Of a stretch of 64,000 nt of DNA, positions 63,001 through 64,000 are shown one piece after another. Under the pieces are notes generated by a model. The model did not search any database, was not told the DNA's origin, and saw nothing but the letters and a program-made list of their open reading frames with translations. A program made the position numbers and the translations under genes. This stretch comes from Ranitomeya imitator (lineage: Eukaryota), in the NCBI RefSeq assembly GCF_032444005.1, contig NC_091289.1:172112001-172176000 (forward strand), read 5' to 3'. How positions within the stretch are numbered: the stretch's first letter is position 1; each line of letters begins with the position of its first letter.

Positions 63001-64000
63001 GCCCCCATAAGCAGTGTCAGGGAGCACACATTACAGCACCAGAGCCCCCCATAAGCAGTGTCAGGGAGCACACATAACAGCACCAGAGCCCCCCATAAGC
63101 AGTGTCAGGGAGCACACATTACAGCACCAGAGCCCCCCATAAGCAGTGTCAGGGAGCACACAACTACCACAGCGCCCCCATAACCAGTGTCAGGGAGCAC
63201 ACATAACAGCACCAGAGCCCCCCATAAGCAGTGTCAGGGAGCACACATTACAGCACCAGAACCCCCCATAAGCAGTGTCAGGGAGCACACATTACAGCAC
63301 CAGAGACCCCCCATAAGCAGTGTCAGGGAGCACACATAACAGCACCAGAGCCCCCATAAGCAGTGTCAGGGAGCACACATAACAGCACCAGAGCCCCCAT
63401 AAGCAGTGTCAGGGAGCACACATAACAGCACCAGAGCCCCCCATAAGCAGTGTCAGGGAGCACACATAACAGCACCAGAGCCCCCCATAAGCAGTGTCAG
63501 GGAGCACACATTACAGCACCAGAGCCCCCCATAAGCAGTGTCAGGGAGCACACAACTACCACAGCGCCCCCATAACCAGTGTCAGGGAGCACACATAACA
63601 GCACCAGAGCCCCCCATAAGCAGTGTCAGGGAGCACACATTACAGCACCAGAACCCCCCATAAGCAGTGTCAGGGAGCACACATTACAGCACCAGAGACC
63701 CCCCATAAGCAGTGTCAGGGAGCACACAACTACCACAGCGCCCCCATAAGCAGTGTCAGGGAGCACACATAACAGCACCAGAGCCCCCATAAGCAGTGTC
63801 AGGGAGCACACATAACAGCACCAGAGCCCCCATAAGCAGTGTCAGGGAGCACACATAACAGCACCAGAGCCCCCATAAGCAGTGTCAGGGAGCACACATA
63901 ACAGCACCAGAGCCCCCATAAGCAGTGTCAGGGAGCACACAACTACCACAGCGCCCCCATAAGCAGTGTCAGGGAGCACACATAACAGCACCAGAGCCCC
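60010..64000. repeat. 43-44-bp satellite/minisatellite array (~90 copies, runs off the window end)
   Basis: Unit GAGCCCCC(C)ATAAGCAGTGTCAGGGAGCACACATAACAGCACCA, with recurring variant units. Confidence 0.97.

Noticed and set aside
60010-64000. CRISPR-like regular repeat array
   Set aside because: The units are contiguous with no unique spacers, no cas genes are present, and the context is eukaryotic. It is a satellite.

Overview
Vertebrate genomic DNA. The repeat landscape (Kolobok/T2 MITEs with TTAA target sites, Harbinger-type MITEs, DIRS1 elements) points to an anuran amphibian; this is an inference. Three spliced protein-coding genes were mapped exon by exon from GT-AG boundaries and recognised protein sequence. 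(1) The first 4 coding exons of SCP2/SCPx (minus strand, continuing off the left edge). (2) A complete 10-exon ECHDC2 (plus strand, 294 aa), head-to-head with SCP2 across a 350-bp ATG-to-ATG interval. (3) A complete 14-exon ZYG11B-type gene (minus strand, 733 aa), tail-to-tail with ECHDC2. Introns and intergenic DNA are packed with transposon relics: a Helitron end, a decayed hAT transposase, four DIRS1-type tyrosine-recombinase retrotransposons plus a 90-bp DIRS remnant, a Penelope-derived 273-bp palindrome with a degenerate hammerhead motif, many MITEs, Tc1/RTE/L2 fragments and several minisatellites. The most notable observations are a co-varying structured-RNA-like leader that is internally duplicated in two DIRS elements, a 54-bp intronic minisatellite carrying about 25 perfect DR5 (RARE-type) motifs, DIRS termini that are nearly intact around wrecked ORFs, and a three-level transposon nest. 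Most long ORFs in the supplied track over tandem repeats are artefacts. Comparisons with human proteins are from memory, not from a database search.
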